64,000 nt of DNA from Candidatus Thorarchaeota archaeon (GCA_046482545.1 JAWOEX010000032.1:1-64000), one strand, 5' to 3'; positions 51,572 to 62,405 are shown, numbered from the stretch's first letter. The notes: generated from the sequence alone by a model not told the origin. A program made the numbers and translations.

Positions 51572-51578
51572 TTAAACT

Positions 51579-51616
51579 GGGAGAGAGGCAAACCCTCTCC
51601 CTTCTGCTTTTCTTTT
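51579..51616 (+). terminator. Stem-loop plus T-tract terminator
   Basis: GGGAGAG-N9-CTCTCCC then TTCTGCTTTTCTTTT. Confidence 0.7.
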
Positions 51617-51717
51617 GACATGTTTGGGGCTTCAATTTGAAACAGGTTATCTTGTGAGTGTGACAGTTACTCACTTTTCTGCAGATAGACATCGGCCCAA
51701 GCTCCTCCCCACTTGAT

Positions 51718-51900
51718 TCACGAATTTCGATTCGCGTAGATAACTCTGTGATTTAAATCTTGGAGCAACATGTGAAAGGGTGTGCTGTCAAGGATTATTG
51801 CTTTCTTTCTTTCCGATTCTACTACCCTAAGATTAGCTCTCTTCTGTCTAGTCATATCTCATGGAATTATAGCCCCGGTTCCGTCACTTCTCGGGAAATC
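51718..51900 (-). pseudogene. PAS/PAC sensor-domain remnant
   Basis: Reads DGTGAIIP*DMTRQKRANLRVVESERKKAIILDSTPFHMLLQDLNHRVIYANRNS*, matching the RDITERKRAE..ESE..ILDS..D....I.YAN linker; internal TGA at 51859-51861. Confidence 0.55.
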
Positions 51901-52119
51901 CATTAGACCTGCTATTTATTCTAATGAGTTGTATAATAATTCGGAGGTCATAAGAAATTGTCTTGTGACGAACAATTTCGTGTTCAATATTTGGGTCTAC
52001 ATTTCAAAGCGGATACATAGCTCTTTCACAATGAGCATATGAATTCAGACCCGAAACATTCTCACCAATTATAGTTGCAATCCACGGAGTTATAATGCGG
52101 TGTAGACTGTAAAAAATCA

Positions 52120-52797
52120 ATGCCAAACCAGAAATATGACCTACATGTACACTCGAAGTACTCGGATGGGACGTGTTCCATTGCCGACATCATCAAGAAG
52201 GCAAAAGAGAGGCGGCTAGCAATTATAGCAATTACAGATCATTTTTGGCCTTCGCGTGGATCGCAAAGGGGCGGCCTAGGTCTCATTCGACAACGTAGAA
52301 GAGAGATTGAGGAGTATCAGTCTGTGAATCACAAAATGCGAATTCTTGACGGCGCAGAAGTCGATATTCTTTCTGATGGAGAATTGGCTGAGGTTTCTGG
52401 AGGTCGTGACCAATTTGATCTTCTCATTGGGTCTGTTCATTGGGCTAGTGACTCCACCACGTGGGCTTCAGCTGTTATTCGCGCCGCCTCGAGATACGAT
52501 TTCGACATATTAGGTCACTATGACGGTTATCTGACTTCATATCGCGAAGAGGATGGCAAGAAAGTCGCCCAAACACTCGCGGACAATGATATCACAGTGG
52601 AGATCAGTACTCGATATCCGCCGCGTTATGAAAGCTTTCTTGCGTATGCAAAACATGCAGGGTGCTCATTTGTGTTTGGCAGTGATGCCCATATGACGAA
52701 GGAGATTGGCCGAATGAAAGAAACTCAACGACTGGCTGCTGCTCTAGGGTTAGAGATACTTCCTTCAAATCAGGTTATGAAGAAGTTCTGCCAATAA
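52120..52797 (+). CDS. PHP domain phosphoesterase
   Basis: DLHVHSKYSDG, AITDH, GAEVD, GSVH, DILGH, FGSDAH. Confidence 0.9.
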   Translation: MPNQKYDLHVHSKYSDGTCSIADIIKKAKERRLAIIAITDHFWPSRGSQRGGLGLIRQRRREIEEYQSVNHKMRILDGAEVDILSDGELAEVSGGRDQFDLLIGSVHWASDSTTWASAVIRAASRYDFDILGHYDGYLTSYREEDGKKVAQTLADNDITVEISTRYPPRYESFLAYAKHAGCSFVFGSDAHMTKEIGRMKETQRLAAALGLEILPSNQVMKKFCQ

Positions 52798-53073
52798 CGT
52801 TCTTCCCGCAATTGGAAAAACAGGTTACAGTCGGTTGATGCTTGGTAGGCTCATAGGCGATGTTGATTTGGATACCGATGACTATGAAGCAAGAGTAGAG
52901 TTACCATCCGGCACTGTTGTCCACAAGAGAAATGAGGACAGGAACAGTAAGAGTTCGCTGCGCAAATTATTCTAAAGGCGATTTTGACGACCGCATGGCT
53001 AACTCACCAAACGAGTACGGTCCACCAACTTCTCCTCAACAGGTCTGCTCGATGCAGTCTCTATACGATCCTG

Positions 53074-53772
53074 TCATACTTGAATGAACAACATTGCAAA
53101 TAGAACCAGCCCATTCATCACGCCATAGAGTACGGCCAAGGAGACTAGAATCTCAACTATCTTCGTCTTGGAAGTAACACAGGGTAACAGGAAACCAACT
53201 TCATCTCTATACTCGCTCCATTTGCTTCCGTACGTCTCTGATAGATACATCTCTTCAATTGAAGCCAGAATGACATAGGCGACAAGCATCAGGAACCAAA
53301 CTAAGATTGCAGGTTGAATACCTATCCATCCGAGCTCGTCGTAGTTCATCAGAACCCATACTCTTCGATTTGTTAGTGCGGCAGTGAAAAGAACTAGTCC
53401 TAGATATTGAGGATGACGCACTAGCCGGTATGGTCCTTCTGAAACCATGCCATTGGTCTTGTTTCTGTGGAGAAAAACAACCGAGCATAGCACGAGTCCA
53501 CAGCCTATCAGAATGACCGCGATATCAAGCACAGAACTCACTAGAAACAAGTCCGTCAATACTACATGAATCTCCGGTTGAATCGTAAAAATCGTTATGA
53601 GATAGAGGAAAAACGGAAAAGTCATGGCCCCCATCCAAACTCCAGTAGATACTACTGGTGTGAACCAAGGGAGTAGGTATGCGACTGCGCGTACCCCTTT
53701 TATCTTAGCTCTTCCAACTACCCCCGATTCATCAACCTTTTGAGTTGTTTCTACATCACTCACCTTCCACAC
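53074..53772 (-). CDS. Isoprenylcysteine carboxyl methyltransferase / PEMT-family membrane protein
   Basis: GPYRLVRHPQYLG, ASIEEMYL..YG..WSEY. Confidence 0.85.
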   Translation of the reverse strand: MWKVSDVETTQKVDESGVVGRAKIKGVRAVAYLLPWFTPVVSTGVWMGAMTFPFFLYLITIFTIQPEIHVVLTDLFLVSSVLDIAVILIGCGLVLCSVVFLHRNKTNGMVSEGPYRLVRHPQYLGLVLFTAALTNRRVWVLMNYDELGWIGIQPAILVWFLMLVAYVILASIEEMYLSETYGSKWSEYRDEVGFLLPCVTSKTKIVEILVSLAVLYGVMNGLVLFAMLFIQV

Positions 53773-53898
53773 CGAAGTATACTACGAGCCTATGTTTATG
53801 TATGATTTGTTTTGCTTACCGCCTTCCGTTTTCATTCAGAATGCTTATCACCTCGAATCAAGTATAGATATGATTGGTATTCCCTATGGTGATGTGCA

Positions 53899-54318
53899 AT
53901 GAACGATGAGAAGTTTCTTTTTCCATCTCAAGAATGGATTGAAAGATATAAACAAATCCTGAACGAGAACGAAGCCTATCAAGACGCGGCAAGCGATTGG
54001 GAGGGTGATTTTATATTCGAGGTTGAGCCCGATGGTGACATCATAGAAGAACCAATCCGCTTCTATTTGGACCTGTGGCACGGGAAATGTCGAGGTGCGG
54101 AAATGGTCGAGGGTGAAAAATCGGCCGAATTCACCTATTCTGGATCGTACAAGAACTGGAAGCTACTTTTTGAGGGCGAAATCGGGCCCATTCGTGGTTT
54201 GATGTCTAGGAAATTCAAGCTTGAAGGCGAAATGTCCAAGATTATGCGGTATACGAAGGCTGCAAGCGAACTTGTAAGTACAGCAACTAAAGTGCCCACG
54301 AAGTATCTTGATGAATAG
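53899..54318 (+). CDS. SCP2 sterol/lipid-carrier domain protein
   Basis: FPSQEWI, W.GDF.F, LWHGKC, WKLLFEGEIGPIRGLMSRKFKLEG. Confidence 0.88.
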   Translation: MNDEKFLFPSQEWIERYKQILNENEAYQDAASDWEGDFIFEVEPDGDIIEEPIRFYLDLWHGKCRGAEMVEGEKSAEFTYSGSYKNWKLLFEGEIGPIRGLMSRKFKLEGEMSKIMRYTKAASELVSTATKVPTKYLDE

Positions 54319-54666
54319 TATTGCTAGGGGTCTGGATTCTGCTCATTATCCGCATCTTTGATGAAAGATAGAAGCTTCTCTGCTACTCCAACAACCTGTC
54401 GCGAATGAATCAATACTGTTCTCACTTGAATTCGATGTTATATTCACGATTTGCAACCATTCTCTGAACGAAAGAAGACCAAAATGATGGTCACCTTGTT
54501 CCAAATTTTGCATATTCGGTGACCAGACAACTATGCTTTGAGGACGGATAAATGAATTAAAGGGATTTGCAACGACATGGCTCAGAAACGACGAGAAGAT
54601 TATTAGTTCGGATTGAGCTACATATAATGTCTGCTGTAAAACGTTCTGTATTGGAGTGAAACAAGT

Positions 54667-56493
54667 ATGCAAACCCTCAAACAATTCAATAGAAAGAAAC
54701 AGCTATTCATTCTCTGTTTGATTCTGATTGGGTCTTCTGCATTGCTAGGCCATGGTATTCAACGGAATTTTGGTTCTATTGATGTGGAATACATTCGCAT
54801 AGTAGATGAGAACGGACTGGCTGTTGCTGGAAAACTATATCGTCCGGATACAGCGACCAAAGATGATCCAGCACCGGCAGTCTTACTACTTCATGGGATG
54901 AACAACGACAAAGATACTGAAGGCCCTGCCGCGCTTGAGCTTGCTAAACGAGGAATCGTTGCATTTGCCCTTGATGAGATAAGCCATGGCGATTCTGATC
55001 GAATCATAGATGTCCTAGGCTACCTGAGTGGAACGTCGTTGCAAACTCTCGGTGGAAATGCAGCTTATCACTGGCTGAAGACCCTTGGTTTCGTTGATGC
55101 CACACAGATAGGCCTTGTTGGGCATTCGATGGGTGCTAGTACAGCAAGTGCGATAGCTGAATTAAATCCAGATCACCGAGCAGTTGCGATTCAGGCAGAT
55201 GGACCCTACAATCTAACAGACCATGATTACATGACCAACTATCTTGCTGTCTGGTCATTCTACGAGGAGCTCTTCACAACGCAGGCCAGAGACGAATTTC
55301 TTGCTGATAGTCTTGAGATGATTGCACAGAATGAAGGCCTTTCGAATCCTGATGCTGCACAAGTTGACTATACCTATGGAGATTTTGAAAATGGTTCAGC
55401 CCATAGATACGCCAAATGTCCATGCACCCATCCAGGAGCAACCTGGAATCAAAAGGGCGTAGCAGAAATCACAGCATGGATGCTTCAAGCTCTGATGGGC
55501 TATTCAGAATCAGAAGCGTGGGCTGTTTCGGGAGTGAACACTCAGACATACATGATACGAGAAGGTGCAACACTCTTTGCTCTGATTGTTTCAGTTCTCT
55601 CGTTGATACCTCTGGCTGGTATTCTTTTAGAAGTACCATACTTCAGTAAGATTGCTAGGCCCCTTCCTGAACGAATACCAACGAAAGGGAAGGAGTGGTG
55701 GGCCTTTGCCTTGTTGAACGCAATAATAGCTGGTGTGACTTATCATATTTTACCAAACTTAGGGATGCAGATTGGGGTAGTTCTTGGTAGTATTGCGCCA
55801 ATCTTTCTTCTTGTCACAGGAAACGGTTTACTGCTATGGTTTCTAGTTAATGCCATAATAGCGTGGATCTTCTTCAAGTACTGGTTCAAAAAACAATCCG
55901 GTGGAGAAGATGGAATCACCTATGCCGATGTGGGCCGCTTTAAGTCAATAAGAGACCCTGAGAATCGAGGCATAATCTTCAGAACAATTCTGTTATCAGT
56001 TGTCTTGTTTGGATATCTGTATGTGCTTGTTTCGCTCTCCCAATTTTTCTTGGGTATTGAGTTCAGGTACATGTGGCCTGTTTTCAAGTCGTTTACACCT
56101 GAGAGATTTGGCCAATTCCTAGTCTATATTCTGCCTGTATTGCCTTTCTTCCTCCTCAACGGAGGGGTTTTTGCATTCGGCATGCTACGACAGTCCGAGT
56201 ATGGCTCATCGGTAAAGACCCAGCTGATTTGGTGGATCAAGATAGTATTGGCGATGGAATCTGTGCTTCTGATTATGATTCTCGTCAACTATCTGCCTAT
56301 GTTCCTGTTCGGAACAGGTCCAATTCTTCTAATGGGCCTTTATGGAATCTTTCTGATGGCATACCTACCCATTTTCGCGGGGATATTCTTCATAATGACT
56401 GCATTCTATCAGCAGACAGGCAGAATATACCTGGGTGCAATAACTGCAACACTGTTAGTAGCGTGGATAATGACAGCTGGAATGCTAATTTAA
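54667..56493 (+). CDS. Alpha/beta hydrolase fused to a multi-pass membrane domain
   Basis: PAVLLLHG, GHSMG nucleophile elbow, THP; ~8 C-terminal TM helices. Confidence 0.85.
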   Translation: MQTLKQFNRKKQLFILCLILIGSSALLGHGIQRNFGSIDVEYIRIVDENGLAVAGKLYRPDTATKDDPAPAVLLLHGMNNDKDTEGPAALELAKRGIVAFALDEISHGDSDRIIDVLGYLSGTSLQTLGGNAAYHWLKTLGFVDATQIGLVGHSMGASTASAIAELNPDHRAVAIQADGPYNLTDHDYMTNYLAVWSFYEELFTTQARDEFLADSLEMIAQNEGLSNPDAAQVDYTYGDFENGSAHRYAKCPCTHPGATWNQKGVAEITAWMLQALMGYSESEAWAVSGVNTQTYMIREGATLFALIVSVLSLIPLAGILLEVPYFSKIARPLPERIPTKGKEWWAFALLNAIIAGVTYHILPNLGMQIGVVLGSIAPIFLLVTGNGLLLWFLVNAIIAWIFFKYWFKKQSGGEDGITYADVGRFKSIRDPENRGIIFRTILLSVVLFGYLYVLVSLSQFFLGIEFRYMWPVFKSFTPERFGQFLVYILPVLPFFLLNGGVFAFGMLRQSEYGSSVKTQLIWWIKIVLAMESVLLIMILVNYLPMFLFGTGPILLMGLYGIFLMAYLPIFAGIFFIMTAFYQQTGRIYLGAITATLLVAWIMTAGMLI

Positions 56494-56504
56494 CACGTGA
56501 TGAT

Positions 56505-56538
56505 GAAGGGATTTCGGTCCCTTCTTCTTTCCTTTTTT
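56505..56538 (+). terminator. UUCG-loop hairpin plus T-tract terminator
   Basis: GAAGGGAT-TTCG-GTCCCTTC then TTCTTTCCTTTTTT. Confidence 0.75.
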
Positions 56539-56640
56539 GTAAATACACAGAAATGACTAGTTCATGGATTCATCTAGTGACAGTGAATACTTTGGGACAA
56601 TGAGGAATATGTCTAAAGGGCGGGAATCCTATTATAAGAT

Positions 56641-57729
56641 ATGCCCCGATTGAAGACATCTTTGAATGACATGCTGAATATCGAACATCCTATACTCCAA
56701 GGTGGGATGGGCCCTTACAAAACGGAGAACCTTGCAATCGCTGTTTCGAAAGCAGGTGCGTTAGGGGTAGTTAGCAGCATTGGAATGGCGGCCTCCCTTT
56801 TACCTGATGCTGCTCCCATAGACTCTGAGAAGATGTTCGGGCCTGACCCACCCAAAGTGCTTCTACAGAAGTCACTTGAGGCTGTTACAGACGCTCTCAA
56901 GGGTACAGATGCTGTCTTTGGAGTGAATGTCCCCGTTGCATCCGAATTTATTCTTGCTTCAAAGATGTTTGTGGAGCAGACCATTGAGGCCATTGAGAGC
57001 GATTCCGATATTGAGAAGCACTTACGAGTTCTAGTTACTTCTGCGGGAAATCCAGCCCCTTGGTCTGAAGTCAAGAAGCATGGACTAACGTGGATACACG
57101 TTGTCCCATCGGTATACCATGCAAAGAAAGCAGAGAAATCTGGAGCTGACATCATTGTCGCTTCAGGCCACGAGGGCGGTGCTCACATCTCTTGGGATCC
57201 AGTACACTCTATGGTTCTCGTGCCAGCCGTTGCCCGAGCAGTCGACACGCCGATCGTTGCTGCGGGTGGTTTCTGCGATGGTAATTCCATGGCTGCTGCT
57301 CTGTGTCTTGGTGCAGTTGGGATTCAGATGGGAACTCGTTTCATAGCAACAAAGGAAAGCGATTTCCAAGATATCTGGAAGGAACAAATCCTCCAAAAGG
57401 AAGAGCGTGAGACTCTAGCCGGCCGCGGTATTTTTGGCCCAATGCGTTTTCTCAGGAATCAAAGAGCCGAATCGATAGTGAAACAGACATTGAATGACCT
57501 TCCCAGTTTCTATCTTGGGAAGCCTGTTGAATCAAACGAGAAGATACTCCAATCCGAACGTGCCGGTTTCGAGGATTTACTAGAAAGAAAGGCTGACACC
57601 GCTCTTATGTTTGGAGGTGAAGTCATCGGAAGAATCGATACTCTTCTGAGTGTCGAACAACTCGTGAAGGAAATCATAGATGAAGCAACTTCCGTTCTTC
57701 ATAATCTACCAAGTCAGGTCATCGAATAG
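56641..57729 (+). CDS. Nitronate monooxygenase / FabK-like flavin oxidoreductase
   Basis: HPILQGGMG, ASGHEGGAH, PIVAAGGFCDG, GIQMGTRFIATKES. Confidence 0.88.
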   Translation: MPRLKTSLNDMLNIEHPILQGGMGPYKTENLAIAVSKAGALGVVSSIGMAASLLPDAAPIDSEKMFGPDPPKVLLQKSLEAVTDALKGTDAVFGVNVPVASEFILASKMFVEQTIEAIESDSDIEKHLRVLVTSAGNPAPWSEVKKHGLTWIHVVPSVYHAKKAEKSGADIIVASGHEGGAHISWDPVHSMVLVPAVARAVDTPIVAAGGFCDGNSMAAALCLGAVGIQMGTRFIATKESDFQDIWKEQILQKEERETLAGRGIFGPMRFLRNQRAESIVKQTLNDLPSFYLGKPVESNEKILQSERAGFEDLLERKADTALMFGGEVIGRIDTLLSVEQLVKEIIDEATSVLHNLPSQVIE

Positions 57730-57836
57730 AATTGCATCTATTCTCCTCAACACGTCAGACATATAGGGCCGCTTTGGTATGGTGAATTGGATAGTCCATG
57801 AGATGAAAGGAAAAAGGAAATGGAGCATGGTATGAA

Positions 57837-59012
57837 ATGCCTTGGTGGTTTATCGTTCCGAAGATTGCGTTCGGTGATGATGCACTTGACGAACTTACCG
57901 AATTGAAGGGGAAGAAGGCCTTCATTGTCACGGATCCAAATATCAACAAGATGGGGTTACCCGAGCAGATTTGTGACTTGTTGGTAGGCGGACAATGGGA
58001 AGCGGCGATTTGGGATCGAGCAGAACCCGACCCGCGAGTTTCAGTTGTGAAAGCAGCGGCAAAAGCCATGCGACACTTCGGACCCGATTGGATAGTGGCT
58101 GTTGGTGGAGGTAGTGTCATTGATACTGCAAAAGCCGCTTGGATTCTCTATGAGAATCCCGATGTAGACTTGGCAGCTGTTACCCCTCTTGAGCCCCTCG
58201 ATTTGAGAAACAAGAGTCATCTTCTATGCATACCGACTACAGCCGGCACAGGTTCTGAAGCAACAAAGGCGGTAGTCATCAGAGAGGACGAGACGGGCAG
58301 AAAATTTGCTACGAATAATAACGATCTGGTCCCTGATGTGGCTATTCTGGACCCAGCGCTTGTCAGTGACCTTCCCAAGGACCTCACCGCATACACTGGC
58401 TTAGATGCTCTGACTCATGCAATCGAGGCTTACACTTCAAGATGGAATAATGATTACTCAGATGCATGTGCAATCCAATCTGTCAGAATGGTGTTTGAGT
58501 GGTTGCCAAGGAGTGTGGCCAGCTTGGGAGATGAACAAGCTCGGGAGAAAATGCTTATTGCTGCAAACTTGGCTGGAATGGCTTTCAGCAATTCCCAAGT
58601 ATGTCTGGCTCATTCTCTGGGACACTGCATGGGTTCTGTTCTTGAAATTCATCACGGGATGGCCGTCGGTATAGCTCTTCCGTACACCATTGAATACAAT
58701 TCCTTTGAGAGCCCGGATACTGCTGAAATGTACGCCGAACTTGCCGGCTTTATTGGTGTCAGAGAGAAGGACAATAGAGCTAGTTCTCTTGCATTGGCTC
58801 GGGAAATCAGGGAATTGCAGGAACAAGTAGGAGCGCCCACCAACTTGAGGGAGGCTGGAGTGGACAGAGATATGTTAGAAGAAGGTTTAGACAAACTCGT
58901 TGAGTTTACCATGATGGATTCAAGTATCACAATGAATCCCCGTGACATTGACAGCAAGGGGATTCGACTGATGTATCGCTACATGCATGAGGGTAAATCA
59001 ATAGATTTCTGA
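57837..59012 (+). CDS. Iron-containing alcohol dehydrogenase
   Basis: AVGGGSVIDTAK, IPTTAGTGSE, DALTHAIEAY, LAHSLGH, HHG. Confidence 0.93.
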   Translation: MPWWFIVPKIAFGDDALDELTELKGKKAFIVTDPNINKMGLPEQICDLLVGGQWEAAIWDRAEPDPRVSVVKAAAKAMRHFGPDWIVAVGGGSVIDTAKAAWILYENPDVDLAAVTPLEPLDLRNKSHLLCIPTTAGTGSEATKAVVIREDETGRKFATNNNDLVPDVAILDPALVSDLPKDLTAYTGLDALTHAIEAYTSRWNNDYSDACAIQSVRMVFEWLPRSVASLGDEQAREKMLIAANLAGMAFSNSQVCLAHSLGHCMGSVLEIHHGMAVGIALPYTIEYNSFESPDTAEMYAELAGFIGVREKDNRASSLALAREIRELQEQVGAPTNLREAGVDRDMLEEGLDKLVEFTMMDSSITMNPRDIDSKGIRLMYRYMHEGKSIDF

Positions 59013-59022
59013 GGTTGTTCAT

Positions 59023-60843
59023 TTGGATGGCTATCGAGGGAAGATACTCCGGATAAATCTTTCATCTCAGAACATATCAGACTATCAATTGGATGAAGAT
59101 TTGACTAGAGACTTTCTCGGAGGCTGCGGCTTAGGTTCTCGGCTTCTATATGATTGCATCACCAAATCTACAGATCCTCTGGGCCCGGAAAATCCCCTTC
59201 TGTTCATAACTGGCCCTTTTTGTGGTACAAGAGTCCCGACTGGCAGCAAAGCGACAGTGTGCGCCAAATCTCCACAGACCCGGCTCTTGGGCTACAGTAC
59301 GTTTGGGGGGCATCTGGGTGCTGATATCAGATTTGCTGGATATGACGGGTTGATGATAGAAGGAGCTTCAAGGAGCCCGGTCTACCTGCTTGTTGAAGAC
59401 TCACACGTGGAAATAAGAGATGCTGCGCATCTTTGGGGAATGGATACACAAGAGGTCTGGGAATCACTGAAAGAAGAAACAGGCCACAAAAGGGCAGGAG
59501 TAGCAAGAATTGGCATTGCAGGAGAGAATCTTGTCAAGTTCGCTAATATCATGATAGACCACTACAGAGCAGCAGGGCGAACGGGTATGGGGGCGGTAAT
59601 GGGTTCAAAACAGCTTAAGGCTGTCATAGTTCACGGTACGCAACGAGATATTCCCGTGGCTAAGCCAAACGAATTATCGGAGTTTGTGACCGCCCTCAAT
59701 CAAGAGAACAGAAGTAATCCGACTCTCAATATGTATTCAGAAGTGGGAACTGCGGGCTTTGTTGATATGGCCACTATGATGTATGGTTCGCTTCCCGTGA
59801 AATACTACACGGAATCGGAATTTGATGCATATTCCATCAGTGGGAGTACGGTAAAGGAAACGATTCTGACCGGGAAGAAGGCATGTTATAGATGTCCTAT
59901 CGGGTGTGGAAGAGTAATCGAAATTGACGAGGGTGAGTTTGCCACCGGCGAGTTTGTAGGTCCTGAATTAGAGGTCACCGGTACTTTGGGCACGCTTATC
60001 ATGAATGACAACCTCCAAGCTCTATCACTTGCTAACAAGAGACTTGACCTTCTTGGGATGGACACTATATCAGCTGGGAATATCATCGCCTTTGCTTACT
60101 ACCTATTTGACCAAGGAATCGCATCAAAGGATGATCTTGATGGTATTGCCCCCGAGTGGGGTGATATCGACGCAGCCCTTGCCTTCATGGAAGATATTGC
60201 ATCACGAGATGGAATTGGAGATTTGATGGCCCAAGGCAGTGTTGAATTTGGCCGGCATTTCGGGGCGGAGGATCTTGCGGCCCAAGTCAATGGATTAGAG
60301 CTACCACAACATGACCCGAGAGCTTTTTCTGGGATGACAATCGCTTATACCACTTCACCAAGAGGGGCCTGTCACATGACCGCTGACATGTACAACGTTC
60401 AGATGGGGGTCTCATATCCTGAATTTGGAATCGAAAGCAAAGACCGATTCGCAAATGAAGCAAAGATTGCTGCGCGATTACAGAATTTCCGTTCAGTGAC
60501 CAATTCCGCGGTTATCTGCAATTTCTACCCTGTACAAGGCGAGCAACTTGGCAGACTTCTTGAACTCGTAACCGGCCGGGCCTTCACATTGGACGAACTC
60601 AATCTTATTGGTGAGAGAATTTTCACCCTGCAGCGCATGTTGAATCTCAATCTTGGATACAATCCATCAGCCGAGGAATTACCTCAGATAGTGATGAATC
60701 CACTCGATGGTCCCACGGAAGGATATGTTCCGGATGTCGAAGAACAGCTCGAACTCTGGTATGAGATTCGTGATTGGGATCGAAAGACAGGTCAACCCAG
60801 CAAAGACAAACTCAAAACCCTCGGACTGTCTAATTTGGTTTAG
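59023..60843 (+). CDS. aor: Aldehyde:ferredoxin oxidoreductase family (tungstopterin)
   Basis: DPLGPEN, KSPQT, IGIAGENLV, AAGRTGMGAVMGSKQLKA, CYRCPIGC, HDPR, RGACH; TTG after GAGGT. Confidence 0.92.
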   Translation: MDGYRGKILRINLSSQNISDYQLDEDLTRDFLGGCGLGSRLLYDCITKSTDPLGPENPLLFITGPFCGTRVPTGSKATVCAKSPQTRLLGYSTFGGHLGADIRFAGYDGLMIEGASRSPVYLLVEDSHVEIRDAAHLWGMDTQEVWESLKEETGHKRAGVARIGIAGENLVKFANIMIDHYRAAGRTGMGAVMGSKQLKAVIVHGTQRDIPVAKPNELSEFVTALNQENRSNPTLNMYSEVGTAGFVDMATMMYGSLPVKYYTESEFDAYSISGSTVKETILTGKKACYRCPIGCGRVIEIDEGEFATGEFVGPELEVTGTLGTLIMNDNLQALSLANKRLDLLGMDTISAGNIIAFAYYLFDQGIASKDDLDGIAPEWGDIDAALAFMEDIASRDGIGDLMAQGSVEFGRHFGAEDLAAQVNGLELPQHDPRAFSGMTIAYTTSPRGACHMTADMYNVQMGVSYPEFGIESKDRFANEAKIAARLQNFRSVTNSAVICNFYPVQGEQLGRLLELVTGRAFTLDELNLIGERIFTLQRMLNLNLGYNPSAEELPQIVMNPLDGPTEGYVPDVEEQLELWYEIRDWDRKTGQPSKDKLKTLGLSNLV

Positions 60844-60902
60844 TTGTCGTGTTCAGTTGAAGTCCTATTCCTTTGCTCGGAAGGCATAGACTAGGTCTTG
60901 CA

Positions 60903-62405
60903 CTATTGACCGGTTTCCGGCAGTTTTGTCACAATCGTTTGAAGCAGCTCATATATCTTGGCTACATCTTCAATTCGCACCCTCTCATCTGGAGTGTGGG
61001 GGTTTTCTATTGTTGGCCCGATAGATACCGTCTGCATTCCAGGGATTTTTGCTCCAATAAGACCACATTCAAGTCCTGCATGTACTGCTTCAATGACGAT
61101 CTCCTCACCGGTGGTTTCCGCATACTGCTTCTTTACAAACTTCAGGAACGGGCTCTTCGGTTTTGGTGTCCACCCGGGATATGCTTGCTGCAACTCGACT
61201 TCCCACTCACCAAGACGTCCGAGATCAGCCAACCTTCTTCTCAGAGCGTCAAGTTCAGAATCGATATTGCTTCGAGATGACAGATGGAACAGCAATTCTC
61301 TCTCGTCTGTACTGATAATCGCGAAATTATTAGATAATTCCACAAGACCTTCGATAGCAGGCGAAAACCGAATTGGGCCATGGGGTATTGCGTTAGCTGT
61401 TTCGATTATGACTTTCGACTCTTCAACATTGCTTAATGGCTCTGAGTCAGTTTCATCCCAAGATATCGAGATATTAGGTTCAAGTGGCTCATCTTCTTCG
61501 TGATAATATGACAATAACTGCTTCTTTTCTTCCTCAAGCACAAACGAAGCTTTATCCTTGTCATCAGCATTAACTGCGAATAGAACGACAGAATCACGTG
61601 CTATCGCGTTGTGTTTGCTTCCTCCATTCCATCGAGATAACCTGACTGGAATCTCTTCGGCGACAGCCGAGAGCATCCTGGCGACTAATTTGTTTGCGTT
61701 GGCTCGGGGCTGATGAATGTCAACCCCCGAATGCCCTCCAAGCAATCCTGAAACCTTCAGCTCCATATATTGCCCCTTCTTGTCGGTTTCTTCCAAATCC
61801 AGTTTGCGGGTGAGTTTAGTATTCCCTCCACCCGCGGCGCCGATAGTAATGTGATACATATCTTCTGTATCAATGTTGATCATCAGTTTGCTTGCGATTG
61901 GCAACTTGTCTACGTCAAGTCCGAAGGCTCCCGTTAGTCCTGTTTCTTCATCGACTGTTAGCAGAACCTCAATTGGACCGTGAGAGAGGTCTTCTTCAAT
62001 CAGCAGAGCCAAAGCAAGTGCTACTCCAATTCCGTTATCCGCACCCAGCGTAGTGCCCTCTGCATCAACCCACTCTCCATTTTCCTGTATTCTCACGGGG
62101 ATTGGTTCAGTATCAAAATCGAATCCATCGGGCCTGTCAGTTTCTGCAACTATGTCCATATGGCCCTGTAATAGCAATGGTGGTGCATGTTGCATATCAT
62201 CTGTAGCAGGCTTTTGGATTAGGATGTTGCCAACATCGTCTTCATAGATGCTTATCTCTAGATTCTTCGTCTCTGATTTTTCCTTTACCCATTTCTTGAT
62301 AGCTTTTCTGACTTTATCCTCCTTCTTGGACTCTCTTGGTGTTTGAGATAGAAGATTCTCGAAAATTTCCCAGACGACTGTTGGTTCAAGCTGCTCTAAG
62401 ACCAT
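60903..62405 (-). CDS. pepD: Aminoacyl-histidine dipeptidase (M20)
   Basis: LQGHMD, TTLGADNGIG, TVDEETGL, NIDTED, GGHSG, HAGLECG, HTPDE. Confidence 0.92.
   Translation of the reverse strand: MVLEQLEPTVVWEIFENLLSQTPRESKKEDKVRKAIKKWVKEKSETKNLEISIYEDDVGNILIQKPATDDMQHAPPLLLQGHMDIVAETDRPDGFDFDTEPIPVRIQENGEWVDAEGTTLGADNGIGVALALALLIEEDLSHGPIEVLLTVDEETGLTGAFGLDVDKLPIASKLMINIDTEDMYHITIGAAGGGNTKLTRKLDLEETDKKGQYMELKVSGLLGGHSGVDIHQPRANANKLVARMLSAVAEEIPVRLSRWNGGSKHNAIARDSVVLFAVNADDKDKASFVLEEEKKQLLSYYHEEDEPLEPNISISWDETDSEPLSNVEESKVIIETANAIPHGPIRFSPAIEGLVELSNNFAIISTDERELLFHLSSRSNIDSELDALRRRLADLGRLGEWEVELQQAYPGWTPKPKSPFLKFVKKQYAETTGEEIVIEAVHAGLECGLIGAKIPGMQTVSIGPTIENPHTPDERVRIEDVAKIYELLQTIVTKLPETGQ

Noticed and set aside
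51782-52042. 86-aa plus-strand ORF
   Set aside because: Antisense to the PAS remnant, no RBS or recognisable motif
52838-52975. 45-aa ORF MLGRLIGDVDLDTDDYEARVELPSG...
   Set aside because: Protein-like composition, but no clear RBS or family; insufficient support
54346-54684. 112-aa minus-strand ORF
   Set aside because: No motifs, overlaps the hydrolase start and promoter; probably spurious
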